Shown here: piece by piece, positions 9,220 to 19,962 of the stretch
How the letters are laid out: each line of letters begins with the position of its first letter
How positions within the stretch are numbered: position 1 is the stretch's first letter
Assembly: GCA_001643675.2 (NCBI GenBank)
Contig: LSRY02000008.1
Coordinates: 1,302,001-1,366,000, forward strand
Source of the DNA: Monocercomonoides exilis PA203
Taxonomy: Eukaryota > Protista > Preaxostyla
DNA: 64,000 nucleotides
Direction of reading: 5' to 3'
The notes under the pieces: model-generated
Told to the model about the DNA's origin: nothing
The model's database searches: none
Seen by the model: the letters and a program-made list of their open reading frames with translations, nothing else
Translations under genes and position numbers: made by a program

Positions 9220-11283
9220 GTGAGATATGTGGTTGTGGCGAGAGGGTGTGTTGTGGGGATGGGGAAGGATGATGGTGCAGGTGCATTTGATCTGAGTGGG
9301 AGCATTGGGGTGTTGACAAACATCACATTGAAAGGGTGGAGAAGAGCGGGAGAGATTTACTCTGGAAGGCTGTTTGGAGGGAAGGGACATGGAGGGGAGA
9401 AGAGTGGAGGTGAAGAAAAAGGTGATGGAGAAGGAGAAAGAGGCAGAGGAAGAGGAAGAGAAGGAGAAGGAGATGGAGATGGAGAAGGCATTGAAGGGAG
9501 TATTTCAGTGAGTGAATCACACTTCTCTTCTTTTTGTGTCTCATCTGCCCCATTCCTCTCATCTCCTTCAATACCCCTAATATCCCTCTCCAGACTCACT
9601 TTTTTCAATATATCAACAGCAAATGATGCATGTTCACCTTCAACAACAACATCAACCCAAACCTCTTGTTTTATGAATGGTTGCTCATTCTCATCAGTTA
9701 GCGACGCATATGATGGCGGAATTGTTCATTCCCTCAACAACCCCTTGGCTTCATTGACAGCCTCAAACACCTCGTTTATTGGATGTTGTCGGACAAGGAA
9801 TGTTGAATGTGGAGGAACTGCAGATAATATTATAAAGCCAGATAGACAGAACGAAACATTCAATGGAGCAAATTCATTCACTTGGTGTGAATGGGATGGG
9901 TCGAGGACAACAGGAGAAAGTGACTCTTATACTGATGGAATATCGAGTGGAGGGGCCATCTGCATGCACAGTCAATCAAACGCATCAGTTTCTATTAAGC
10001 ACTGCTCATTCAACGACTGCTATGCCCATTACGATGGAGGGGGAGTTATGTGTGCAAAAATCAAATCGGTTGAAATTGAAAACAATTCGTTCAACTCATG
10101 CACCGCAAAAACTTGGGTTGGAGGAGGGATGTGTATTTATGTGATTTCATCATGTGTTCGGATCAGTGGATGTGAATTCCAGAATTGTAAAGCAAATAAA
10201 TGGGGAGGAGGACTTTATCTCGACAATTTTCAGGTTTCAGGAACAGATTGCATTGGAGAAGAAAATGGAGAAGGGGAAAGTGCGTGTGTGTTTGACTGCT
10301 GTTTCACTTCATGCTCAATCACAAATAATCATGGTGGAGGTATGTATTGTGCAAATATTCCCATCACGCAATTCAAAATGAGGAGCATTCAGTTTATTTC
10401 ATGCACAGCAAATGGATATGGAGGAGGATTGGAGCTGTATCCATTAAGACAAACATCACAAAAAGATTTAATTTATTGTTATTTTTTGTTCTTCCATGAA
10501 TGCAAATGCTCTGCAGCCACTCCATATGGGCATGATGTGATGTATTATGATTACTACAGTGTATATTTATCTCAAAATAATCCGTTCTATGAATGTTACA
10601 CCACAAACACAGATGACCAGAGAGTGTGCTACGGATATAATTATACAGATTCCAAGGGTTGGTCATATAACCAAACATCGAAAAAGGATTGGTTGAAGAG
10701 AGGGATTCTCAATCGATTTGTGGCTGTGAGTGGAGGAAACGCAGAAGAGTTTTGTGGGGCGAATGAATCATATGCATGTAGAACCATTGGTGTTGCAGTT
10801 GAAAAGAGCGTGATCCAGGTGAGCCTGTCAGTCACACTGATGGGCGGGGATCACACGAGCGAGACAACAACTATTAATATTGAGACAAAGAAGATTTCAG
10901 TTATTGGGAAAGGCAAAGATAAGAGTTTGATTGGAACAGGGGCACTTTCATCAACTGGATCGCTGTTCAGCGTGTCAACAGGTCATTTGGGAATGAGTCA
11001 CTTGAAGATTGATTGTAACTCAACAGAAGGAACTTCTCCGAGTGTGGCTGTGGTAACTGATGGGAATGGGTCACTCTCGTTGGATGATGTTGCAATATCA
11101 ACTTCTCCATCTTCTTCGTATCCTCATCAATTTCTATTTCCCTTTCTTCTTTTTCTTTCTTCTAACATTTTTTCAACATTTCCTCAAAACAATATTTCCA
11201 AATTAACCTTTCTTTTCCTCTTATCCTCCTTCTTTCATTCATTCTCTTTCGTCAAATTTTCTCTTTCGATCAAATTTTTTTAA
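9220..11283 (+). CDS. Cys/Gly-rich predicted right-handed beta-helix (pectin-lyase-like, Pmp-like) surface protein family member A1; ends probably degenerate
   Basis: 687-aa ORF with GGAI and repeated FxxCxAxxxGGG coils, plus a beta-helix cap motif (FVAVSGG...CG....ACRTIGVA). Family homology ends near 11100. Confidence 0.75.
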   Translation: MRYVVVARGCVVGMGKDDGAGAFDLSGSIGVLTNITLKGWRRAGEIYSGRLFGGKGHGGEKSGGEEKGDGEGERGRGRGREGEGDGDGEGIEGSISVSESHFSSFCVSSAPFLSSPSIPLISLSRLTFFNISTANDACSPSTTTSTQTSCFMNGCSFSSVSDAYDGGIVHSLNNPLASLTASNTSFIGCCRTRNVECGGTADNIIKPDRQNETFNGANSFTWCEWDGSRTTGESDSYTDGISSGGAICMHSQSNASVSIKHCSFNDCYAHYDGGGVMCAKIKSVEIENNSFNSCTAKTWVGGGMCIYVISSCVRISGCEFQNCKANKWGGGLYLDNFQVSGTDCIGEENGEGESACVFDCCFTSCSITNNHGGGMYCANIPITQFKMRSIQFISCTANGYGGGLELYPLRQTSQKDLIYCYFLFFHECKCSAATPYGHDVMYYDYYSVYLSQNNPFYECYTTNTDDQRVCYGYNYTDSKGWSYNQTSKKDWLKRGILNRFVAVSGGNAEEFCGANESYACRTIGVAVEKSVIQVSLSVTLMGGDHTSETTTINIETKKISVIGKGKDKSLIGTGALSSTGSLFSVSTGHLGMSHLKIDCNSTEGTSPSVAVVTDGNGSLSLDDVAISTSPSSSYPHQFLFPFLLFLSSNIFSTFPQNNISKLTFLFLLSSFFHSFSFVKFSLSIKFF

Positions 11284-11610
11284 AAGCACCTTCTTCTTTT
11301 TCATTCTTCTTTTTCTCTTCTCAAATTATTCTCAGACGCATTCTTTTGTCGCGTAATCAATTTCTCACTCTTTCTTTTTGCTTTTAACAAGATTCGCGGT
11401 ATATGCCCTCCTAAACCTTCGAAGAATATCTTCTTTTCTATTCATTTATTTCTTCGCTCATTCCTCTAAACCCTTATCATGCCGCCTTCTCTCATCTTTC
11501 CGCACTCCATATGCTTGCATTTGCATTGAATATAACAGCAAATATTATAACACTTGGAAAAAAAAATTATCATTCAAAATGTTTAAAAAATTTCTACGCT
11601 TCATAAATAT

Positions 11611-11706
11611 GTTCTTCTTCCTCTTCCTCTTCCTCTTCCTCTTCCTCTTCCTCTTCCTCTTCCTCTTCCTCTTCCTCTTCTTCCTCCTCCTCTTCTTCTT
11701 CTTCTT
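11611..11706 (+). repeat. (CTCTTC)n/(CTT)n microsatellite; mirror at 28745-28842 is 3 nt longer
   Basis: Read directly from the sequence. Confidence 0.9.
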
Positions 11707-11838
11707 TTCCTTCTTCTTGTATCTCTCAAGGCACTTTTCCTTTCTGCTCACAAAGCCCATATGACCTATTTCCGCTGTTCATCTCATTTCTAACATAATT
11801 CCTTTTCTTCAGCTTCCAAAAATCTCCCATTTCCGATC

Positions 11839-13339
11839 CTAGATTATGCTTTCAGCTGAATAACTCCAACAGACAAAAATCTTAAAAACAGGCAATAATA
11901 GTGATGAAAAAGAAAAAGAAGAGAATGATGAAATATAAAAATTTGTTTCTGTTCCAATTGAACATGTTTCCCTTCCCTTCCCAATGACTGAAATCTTCTT
12001 TTCTCCAATATCAATTGTTGTTGCCTCACTCACATGATTCCCTTCCATCAGCATGACTGATGAGCTCAGCTCTTCCAAACCCATCTCCACTGCGTGTCCT
12101 ACCGTCTTGCAAGGTGCCGATTCGCCCATCCCACACAGCCCACTCGAGTCCTTACCATTCACCCCCACAAACAGAACCTTCGACCATTCGTTCAGCCACT
12201 CCTTCTTGTCCGTGAGCTGATATGCCCAGTCACTTGTCCAATATCCGTAGCACACTCTCTGGTCATCTGTGTTTGTTGTGTAACATTCATAAAACGGATT
12301 ATTTTGAGATAAATATAAATTGTTATTATCGTAATATATCATATCATGCCCATATGGAGTGGCTGCAGAGCATTTGCATTCATGGAAAAATATGAAGAAA
12401 CAATAAATTTTATCATTTGGTGCTGTTGCTCGATTTGGATGCAAACACAATCCTCCTCCAGTTGACGTTGCTGAACATGAAATAAACTGAACACTCCTCA
12501 TTTTGAATTGCGTGGCAGGAATATTAACACAATACATGCCTCCACCAACAGTATTTGTGACTGAGCATGAAGTGAAACAGCAGTCAAACACACACGCACT
12601 CTCCCCTTCTCCACTTTCATTTCCAACACATCCTATTCCAGAAACCTGAAAATTATCTAATTTCAATCCTCCACCTGAACCAATCGCTTGACAGTTTTTG
12701 AACTCGCATCCACTCACTCGAGCACACGAAGAAACATTATACAAATACACACCTCCCCCATATCGATTTGAGGAGACACAGCAATTGAAAGTGCTGCTTT
12801 CAACAGTCGCTGCTTTGATAGTATAGCACATAATCCCTCCTCCACACCAATATGATGAGCAGTCATTGAATGCGCAGTGAGAAACGGTAAGTGTTCCAGA
12901 TGTTAAGGTGTGCATAAATATTGCTCCTCCATTCGAGGCTTGATTTGAATAATCGTCGCTCTTCTCAGGAGCCTTCGATCCACTCCATTCGCACCAAGTG
13001 AATGTATTCGCTCCATTTTCTGTTTCATTTTGTCTCCCTGGAGTCCATTTTCTGTCTGCAGTTCCAGTGCATTCAACATTTCTTGTTCTGCAACACCCAA
13101 TGAATGATGTGTTTGAGGCTGTCAGAGAGGCAAGGGGTTGTTGAGGGAGGGAACAATCCCTCCATCATATGCATCACAAACAGACGAAAATGAGCAACTG
13201 CTCAAAAACTTGATGCTTGTGATAATGTAGTTGTTGCAGATGAACAAGAAGTGGATTCTGTCGAGATGTTGAAAAACGTCAAATGAGATAGGGATATTAG
13301 GGGTATTGAAGATGACGAAAGGAATAGAGCTTGATTCAC
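11839..13339 (-). pseudogene. Beta-helix family member B1 (mirror of 27109..28611) with two 1-nt homopolymer deletions near 13133 and 13208
   Basis: Matches B2 apart from one T missing in each of two T-runs. The 358-aa 3' part is still open. Confidence 0.75.
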
Positions 13340-14957
13340 TCACCGAAACATTTCCTTTCCCTCTCTCATTTTCCATAAGCCTTCCATGCCTCTCAACGAG
13401 ATGTTCATCAAGATTCAAATGAGCTTGAGTTCCTCTTTCCTTCCTCTTCTCCTGCTTCTGAAATGTATATCCCCAAAAGAAAAGCGTCTTTTTCCTTCAG
13501 TGCCTCCAAATTGAAACAAGAACATAATCTTCTTCGCCATTTGCTTTCCCTAAAATCTCTTTTTTCTTCTGTTGTCTTCTTCTGCCTTTTTCCCACATTC
13601 CATTCGCATCCATTGCTCTTGACGACTCATGCAAATGCACTTTTGTCATTAAAAAAACAACTGTAAAAATTCAGGGGAAAAAAGATAAACCGAAGAAATA
13701 TTAAATAAAATATGGAAAAAAAGAAAAGAATATTGAAAGAATATTTGAAAATAAATTTGAAATAAAATATCAAAAATATGATTTTTTAGATGTTATCCTT
13801 ATACCTTTTTCTTCTCGAAACCTTCCGCTTCATTTTCCGCTTCTTCACTTCCCTTCTCTTCTCCTCATTCTTCTTCTCCTTCTCTTGTTCCCTCGTTTCT
13901 CTCATCTCAGTCTCATAACCCTTCTTCTCTTCCTTGATTCTTTCAATCCATATCTTCCTTCTCTCTCTTCTGCCTTCCTCTCAAATAAAACAAGGCACTT
14001 CCATCCCTCCTTTCCTCATCCTCTCCAACCATGCAACTCACACAAAAAAGAGCACACATCCCGCCATTCCCTCTGCCTCAAGCACAGTCAACACAAAACG
14101 CGGATAAACAGCATGCCTTGAGTGTTGTGTGCTGCTCCATAGCCGTTGCGCTGCTTCGCTCATCCCCGGCACTTCAAGCGCACATCCCATTTTCTGTCAT
14201 GGCAATATCAGGAACGTCAGGGACATGCCCGTCCTTTTATCCCTTGGCTCTCCCCACACATATTGCATGTGCTTGCCTCAATTCATCCCTCGTTGCTGCC
14301 AATGCTCGTCTGCTCCAAAAATGACAAAAACGAAGAAGAAGAAGAAGAAGAAGAAGAAAAAGGCTGATCCACCTGTTGCAGTTGGCGGCAGATATGACAA
14401 AGTCGCTTTGTTGCCATCTCCCGCAACAACTGTAGCAAAACAGCCCAACCCCAAATTAGCAGCCAAACAGAGCCTCAAAAAATACTGAACTATGCCAGCA
14501 GAAGTCGAAATACCGTTGATGGAGACGGGAAGATGATAATTCCCAACTCAAATTACTTAATGCTGCCCATGACAACAAAACGCCAAGCTTTCCACTCGCC
14601 CTTGTAGCAGCTCGGTGAAGGTTAAAGAACGGTAACAGCTGCAGGGTGCTTCACTTGTCTTGCCATTCTTGCAGGAACACAGGCCGAGACTGATGCTTTT
14701 GTCACAAATCATTCTTTTTTTCATTTAAGCACGAATTTTTGGAAAGTCTTGCTTCTCTGCGCATATTCCACAAAACACACATGCATCTTTCCAACGGCAG
14801 CAACAGCTGTTTAACTCCCCATTGATGTTGCTGATCTCCACTCTCATTGCTTTGCATTGTTTTCTAAGTTTTTATTCGCAAAAATTGTCCTTCCCTCGAT
14901 ATCGCCTGCCACTTTCTTTGCCAAAAAAGCTTCTCCTTTGCCTTAGGTTTTAAAATT

Positions 14958-16832
14958 CTATATAATTCTGTGCAGATTTTGTCCTTCACAGAATTCCTTC
15001 TTGTTATTTTCATTCAATAAAATAACAATTGAATTTGTTTTCACCTCTTGCACCAAATAAAAAATTATGAAAATCATGTATCTTCCGTAACGTCCTTTAT
15101 TTCCCAATGGCTGTATAATAATCTGCTCCATTCTCATCGTATTGCTCTCCAAAGCGGAGATTGGCCATTTCAACAATAATTCGGATTCCTGCACTTTGGA
15201 GAGGATACAGATGGAAATATCTTCACAATCAATAGAACAATATAAATTACATACATTATGTCTTTTTGTGTTTTTGATGAAATTGTTGCAATCCCCTTGG
15301 CCATCCAATTGACAAAAATCAAAGGTCAGAATTCCAAAAATAATGCATCTCACCATTGTCTGTTGTCACACAGGAAATAATATTCTTAGTTCTGCAGGTA
15401 ATGCTCATTCACGGATTTCTCATTCTGTGAATGGAATATTCCGTTTTTTCAAATCTGATGATCATTGAATCCATTACAAAAAAGACTCAAACCAACAAAT
15501 CATTTTGATATTTTCTTTTTCTCGGCAATGGCTGAGTGAAAAGGGACGAGGTTGAGAGGGGTGTGTGAAAACAAAAATTAAACTTGTTTTGGGGATATAT
15601 TTGTTCATTTTCTGAAATTCGTGTATTTGGCAGTGTTTGATTTCTAAGCGAGATTGTTTGCGGGGAGCAGGGTTCAGCTTGTGGCTGATCAGAGAAGCGG
15701 ATGCGCACAAGAGAAAATGGTGCTTGCAGCAGTTGTGTTTGATGAGATGATTTTTCAGCAGTTCGTTTTTTGGAAAAGAAAGGCGAAAGTGGGAAACAAT
15801 GTTTGTGAGAAGGAGCAGGAAAGGGGAGGGGGATAAAGAGTGTGGAGCAGAGTGCCTGACTGATGGAAGAACACATTGCAGCTGGGATTTTCACACACAT
15901 ATTTTTTATTTTAAAGGGGGTGACAAAAGCGAGTTGGATGTTGTATTTTTGGCAGCTGATGGGTGGGGATGTTTGGGGATGCAGTCATGCTCATCTGGGC
16001 AGTCGAGGCAGCACAGGAAAGGGAATGTGCGATTGCTTTGTGAGCCTTTCATGGTGAAAGAGGAGACAGGTTTGGTGATTTGTTTCATGAGAATTTATAT
16101 ATTTTATATTTTTTATTTTGTTTTTCTTTATTGAGGATATTGAGTGAATTGCCGAAAGATGCGCGGAAAGCCATCACATGTTGCCTGAGGGATGGCGACG
16201 GGGTGAAGACTGTTTTTTTTAAGCCTTGCTTGAAGAATGAGAAGAGGAAGAAGAGATATTTCATATTTTTTTTTTGGATTGAAGATTGGATGGAGGAAGA
16301 TGGGAAGAGAAGAATGGTGAGAGTGATGTTGAATGGGCAATGGAAGAGCGGGCGAGAACAACATATTATTTTTTCTTTATTTTTGGAATTGGATATGAAA
16401 AGCGAAGGCGTGGTGTGTGTGGTGCTTGGAGTGGATGATGTTGGGGTGAGAGTTAATTAGAGGGAGGCAAACAGGGGATGAGGGGAGTGAAGGGAAATGA
16501 AGATTTGTGGAGGTATTTTATTCTTGTTTGTTCATTTTCTTCATGTTCCATTTTTTATTTTTATTTGTGTTTGTATTTTTTAATTTTTGATTTGATTGAT
16601 GTGTGATGCGATCAGGTGTTGTCAAAAGCGCTGGGGGAGCATGAAATACGGGATGTGGAAGCACTGTTTTTTTCTGGGCATTCCTGGAAGAAATTGGGAG
16701 AAAACAGAATCCAGAAGAGTGTTTGGCAGAATGATCCAGGCAGAAAAAACTGAAGAGAATGGGAAAAGAAATTTTTGTGGAATTTTTTTAACAAAAATCT
16801 TTTCGGAAGCAGCAGCAATAGAGGCAGAAAAA
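14958..16832 (+). repeat. About 1.9-kb dispersed module upstream of beta-helix gene C1 (mirror at 23616-25490; diverged direct copy at 47176-49032)
   Basis: Colinear similarity with 47176-49032, including long identical stretches. The same short ORFs recur in all three copies. Confidence 0.9.
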
Positions 16833-17064
16833 GGGATATAGCCACATAATGATATTTTGCGACGCTTTGCCAAGAGGAGTGGGGAAGGAGAATGTATAGG
16901 AAGAACTTCTGTGAGAGAATCGCATTTCTCCTCTATTTACCGACTTTTTCTCATCACCTTCTATTCCCCTTGTATCCCTCTCCAAATTATCATTTTTCAA
17001 CATCTCAACAGCATCTTCAGATTGCCTATCTCCAACAACTACATTTCCTCAAATATCAAGTTTT

Positions 17065-18495
17065 ATGAATGGTTGCTCATTCTCATCAGTCTGCGATGCA
17101 TATGATGGAGGAATTGTTCATTCCCTCAATAATCCCTTTGCATCTCTGACTGTTTCGAACACTTCATTTATTGGGTGTTGCAGAACAAGGAATGTTGAAT
17201 GCACTGGAACTGCAGATGGAAAGTTGACTCCAGGGAGACAAAATACAACAGATAATGGAGCAAATTCATTTATTTGGTGCGAATGGAGTGGATCGAAGAC
17301 AACTGGAGAAATTGACTCTAATACAGACGGGATATCGAGTGGAGGGGCTATTTTCATGTACAACAAGGGAAATGGAGAACTATCTGTTTCACATTGTCTG
17401 TTTAATAACTGTTTTGCATTCAGTCGTGGAGGCGGAATCATGTGCCATACAATTAAATCTATTCAAATCGAAAATAATTTTTTTAATTCATGCTCTGTTC
17501 AAAACAATGCCGGAGGAGGATTGTATGTGAATACCATTTCAACATGTGCTCGGATCAGCAGTTGTGAATTCCAGAATTGTAAAGCAGTTAATTACGGAGG
17601 AGGACTTCTTTTTGAATCTTTTCAGGTTTCAGGAATAGGATGCATTCCAACAGAAAATGGAGAAGGGGAGAGTGCTTGTATGTTTGACTGCAGTTTCACT
17701 TCATGTTCGGTTACAAATTCATATGGTGGGGGTATTAGTTTATATAATGTACCAGTCCAATTCAAAATGAGGAGCGTTCAGTTTATTTCGTGCTCAGCAG
17801 TATCACATGGAGGAGGTTTGAGGTTGGAGCCAAACAAACAAACAGCGCCAAATGAAACGATTTATTGTTATTTTCTTTTCTTCCATGAATGTAAATGTCT
17901 GTCCAATGTTCCATATGGTCACGATGCGTATTATGTCGATTATTACAATGTTTTTTTGAACAATGGAAATCCGTTTAATGAATGCTACACAACAAACACA
18001 GATGACCAGAGACTGTGTTATGTGTATAATTATTCGAGTTCAGGGAGTTGGGTGTATGATCAAACAATGAAAAAGGATTGGCTGAAGGACAAGACGATCT
18101 ATGTTTCGGTGAATGGAAATGATTTGATTGATCAGTGTGGGACTAATGAGTCAAATCCGTGCAAAACGGTGAAGAAGGCGTTTGAGATGTGCGAAATACA
18201 GATGAGTCTGTCTGTCACATTGATGGAAGGGAATCATCAAAGCGAGACAACAACAATTGAGATTGAGACAAAGAAGATTTCAGTTATTGGGAAAGGGAGG
18301 ACGGAGAGTTCGATTGGAACAGGAGCACTTTCAGCAGCTGGAACACTGTTCAGTGTGTCAACAGGTCATCTGGGGATGAGAAAGCTGAAGATTGATTGCA
18401 ACTCAACAGAAGGAACTTCACCGAGTGTGGTTGTGGTGTCTTATAGAAGTGGAACACTTTCACTTGTGTCAAGAAGCGAGTTGGGCAAATTATAA
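17065..18495 (+). CDS. Beta-helix family member C1 (476 aa; 5' part frameshifted, 3' end truncated)
   Basis: SNTSFIGCCRTRN, WCEWSGS, GGAI, FxxC..GGG coils and the YVSVNGND...CGTNESNPCKTVKKA cap. Confidence 0.75.
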   Translation: MNGCSFSSVCDAYDGGIVHSLNNPFASLTVSNTSFIGCCRTRNVECTGTADGKLTPGRQNTTDNGANSFIWCEWSGSKTTGEIDSNTDGISSGGAIFMYNKGNGELSVSHCLFNNCFAFSRGGGIMCHTIKSIQIENNFFNSCSVQNNAGGGLYVNTISTCARISSCEFQNCKAVNYGGGLLFESFQVSGIGCIPTENGEGESACMFDCSFTSCSVTNSYGGGISLYNVPVQFKMRSVQFISCSAVSHGGGLRLEPNKQTAPNETIYCYFLFFHECKCLSNVPYGHDAYYVDYYNVFLNNGNPFNECYTTNTDDQRLCYVYNYSSSGSWVYDQTMKKDWLKDKTIYVSVNGNDLIDQCGTNESNPCKTVKKAFEMCEIQMSLSVTLMEGNHQSETTTIEIETKKISVIGKGRTESSIGTGALSAAGTLFSVSTGHLGMRKLKIDCNSTEGTSPSVVVVSYRSGTLSLVSRSELGKL

Positions 18496-19962
18496 ATGGA
18501 GAAATATTTATTTATTTTATTAAAATTTCTTTTTGCTCGTTAAACAAAAAGAAGTGACTTATTTATTTTGTAATAATCAATTTTATATGAATTTTATTTT
18601 ATTTTTTTTTTCTCCTGCATATTTAACAGGAAAATAGTTTTTGTTTTCTGTTTTAGTGATTGTGATTGTGATTGTGATTCTATTTTTGTTTTTGGGATTC
18701 TTTCTTTTCTTGATTATGCTCCATTTCCACTTTTTTGTTTCGTGTTGAAAGGCTTTGTGCAGCGGGGGGAAAAAAAATCAAAAATAAAAAGTAAAACAGA
18801 AAGAAAATGTGTTGAAGAGCTCTTTGACATTCAGGCAGAATCAAACATTGGAGATCGAGCTGGCTTGCTCCAGTGATTCCTTTTCAGTGTCCATTTGTTG
18901 AACACAGAAAATGGTGATGGCTCTTTGTGTGTGAAAACCTGTGGAGCATGAGATGGCAAAGCTCCCAGCTGTGAAAAGACAAAGCTCATTCAAATTCGAA
19001 TGGAGAATGAAAAACGCATCAGCGTTGGCAAAATGGTTTCCAATGTGAAAATGAAGTTTTTGTCTTTGACAACAAAATGGAAAACAATGAACAAACACAT
19101 GCAACTTCTAATTGGAGTATATTTTCATTGAGTCCTCAAATATCACTTTGACATTTTTTATTTTATTTGATTAAATCTTTTTCTGTGGTCTTCAATTATT
19201 TGTGGTTTGAATTAAAAAAATAAATATTAACTTCTTCATGACAATTATTCACCACATTCTCACCTGTGATTTTTCGAAAAATTTATAAGTGTGAAAAGAA
19301 AATAGTAATAAGTTTTATAATAATTTTGGCTCAAGATCAAAGACTTGCTTGTTATCTAACTTATTTTTTATATCGGAGGTTTTGAGATTCAACATAACAA
19401 TGCATCGTTTCATTTTCATAAACTGGATTTGTTTCTTGACTTTTTTATTGTCATTTCATGATTTACGCAAAATATCTGGGAGATTCTTTTTGAAATCATA
19501 AACATGTATTAATTTTTGAAGAGTTTGGATCAAATCCTAATTTCGATGTTGCTGACGTTCTTTATTTTATTTTATTTTATTTTATTTTATTTTTTTCAAA
19601 TGAATGTCCATTGTGCTTTTATTTGTGAACAACAACCAAAAATTACAAGCAATCATCATGTTGATATTCTTTTTTGATATAACTCGTCCTTTCAAGTTTT
19701 TATCTTCATTTTATTTTTCTTCATGAGAATATTGAAAATACTGCAAAAGAACATGATTTTTGTTTTGTGAAGAAAACACCAAAAATAGTTCACGATGACA
19801 ATTAATTTATGCAGGTGAAATGATGATTTCTCATATTTACTATGACAAAGAAAAGCAACATGTGAAGAAACACTTATTGTTCTAAAAAGCTGACTGATCG
19901 AGAAATATCATTCTCTCACATTTAATATGTTTGAAAATACTGGTTTTGATATTGATGTGCAA

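Noticed and set aside
9879-9947. Diversity-generating retroelement (RT near variable repeats)
   Set aside because: Differences are not adenine-specific and include synonymous changes. There is no TR/VR pair, and the RT is clearly DIRS-type with RNase H and YR.
13120-13215. Phase variation by homopolymer slippage in gene B1 (also the G-run at 51021/54345)
   Set aside because: One-base differences in short runs cannot be told apart from long-read consensus errors without the reads.
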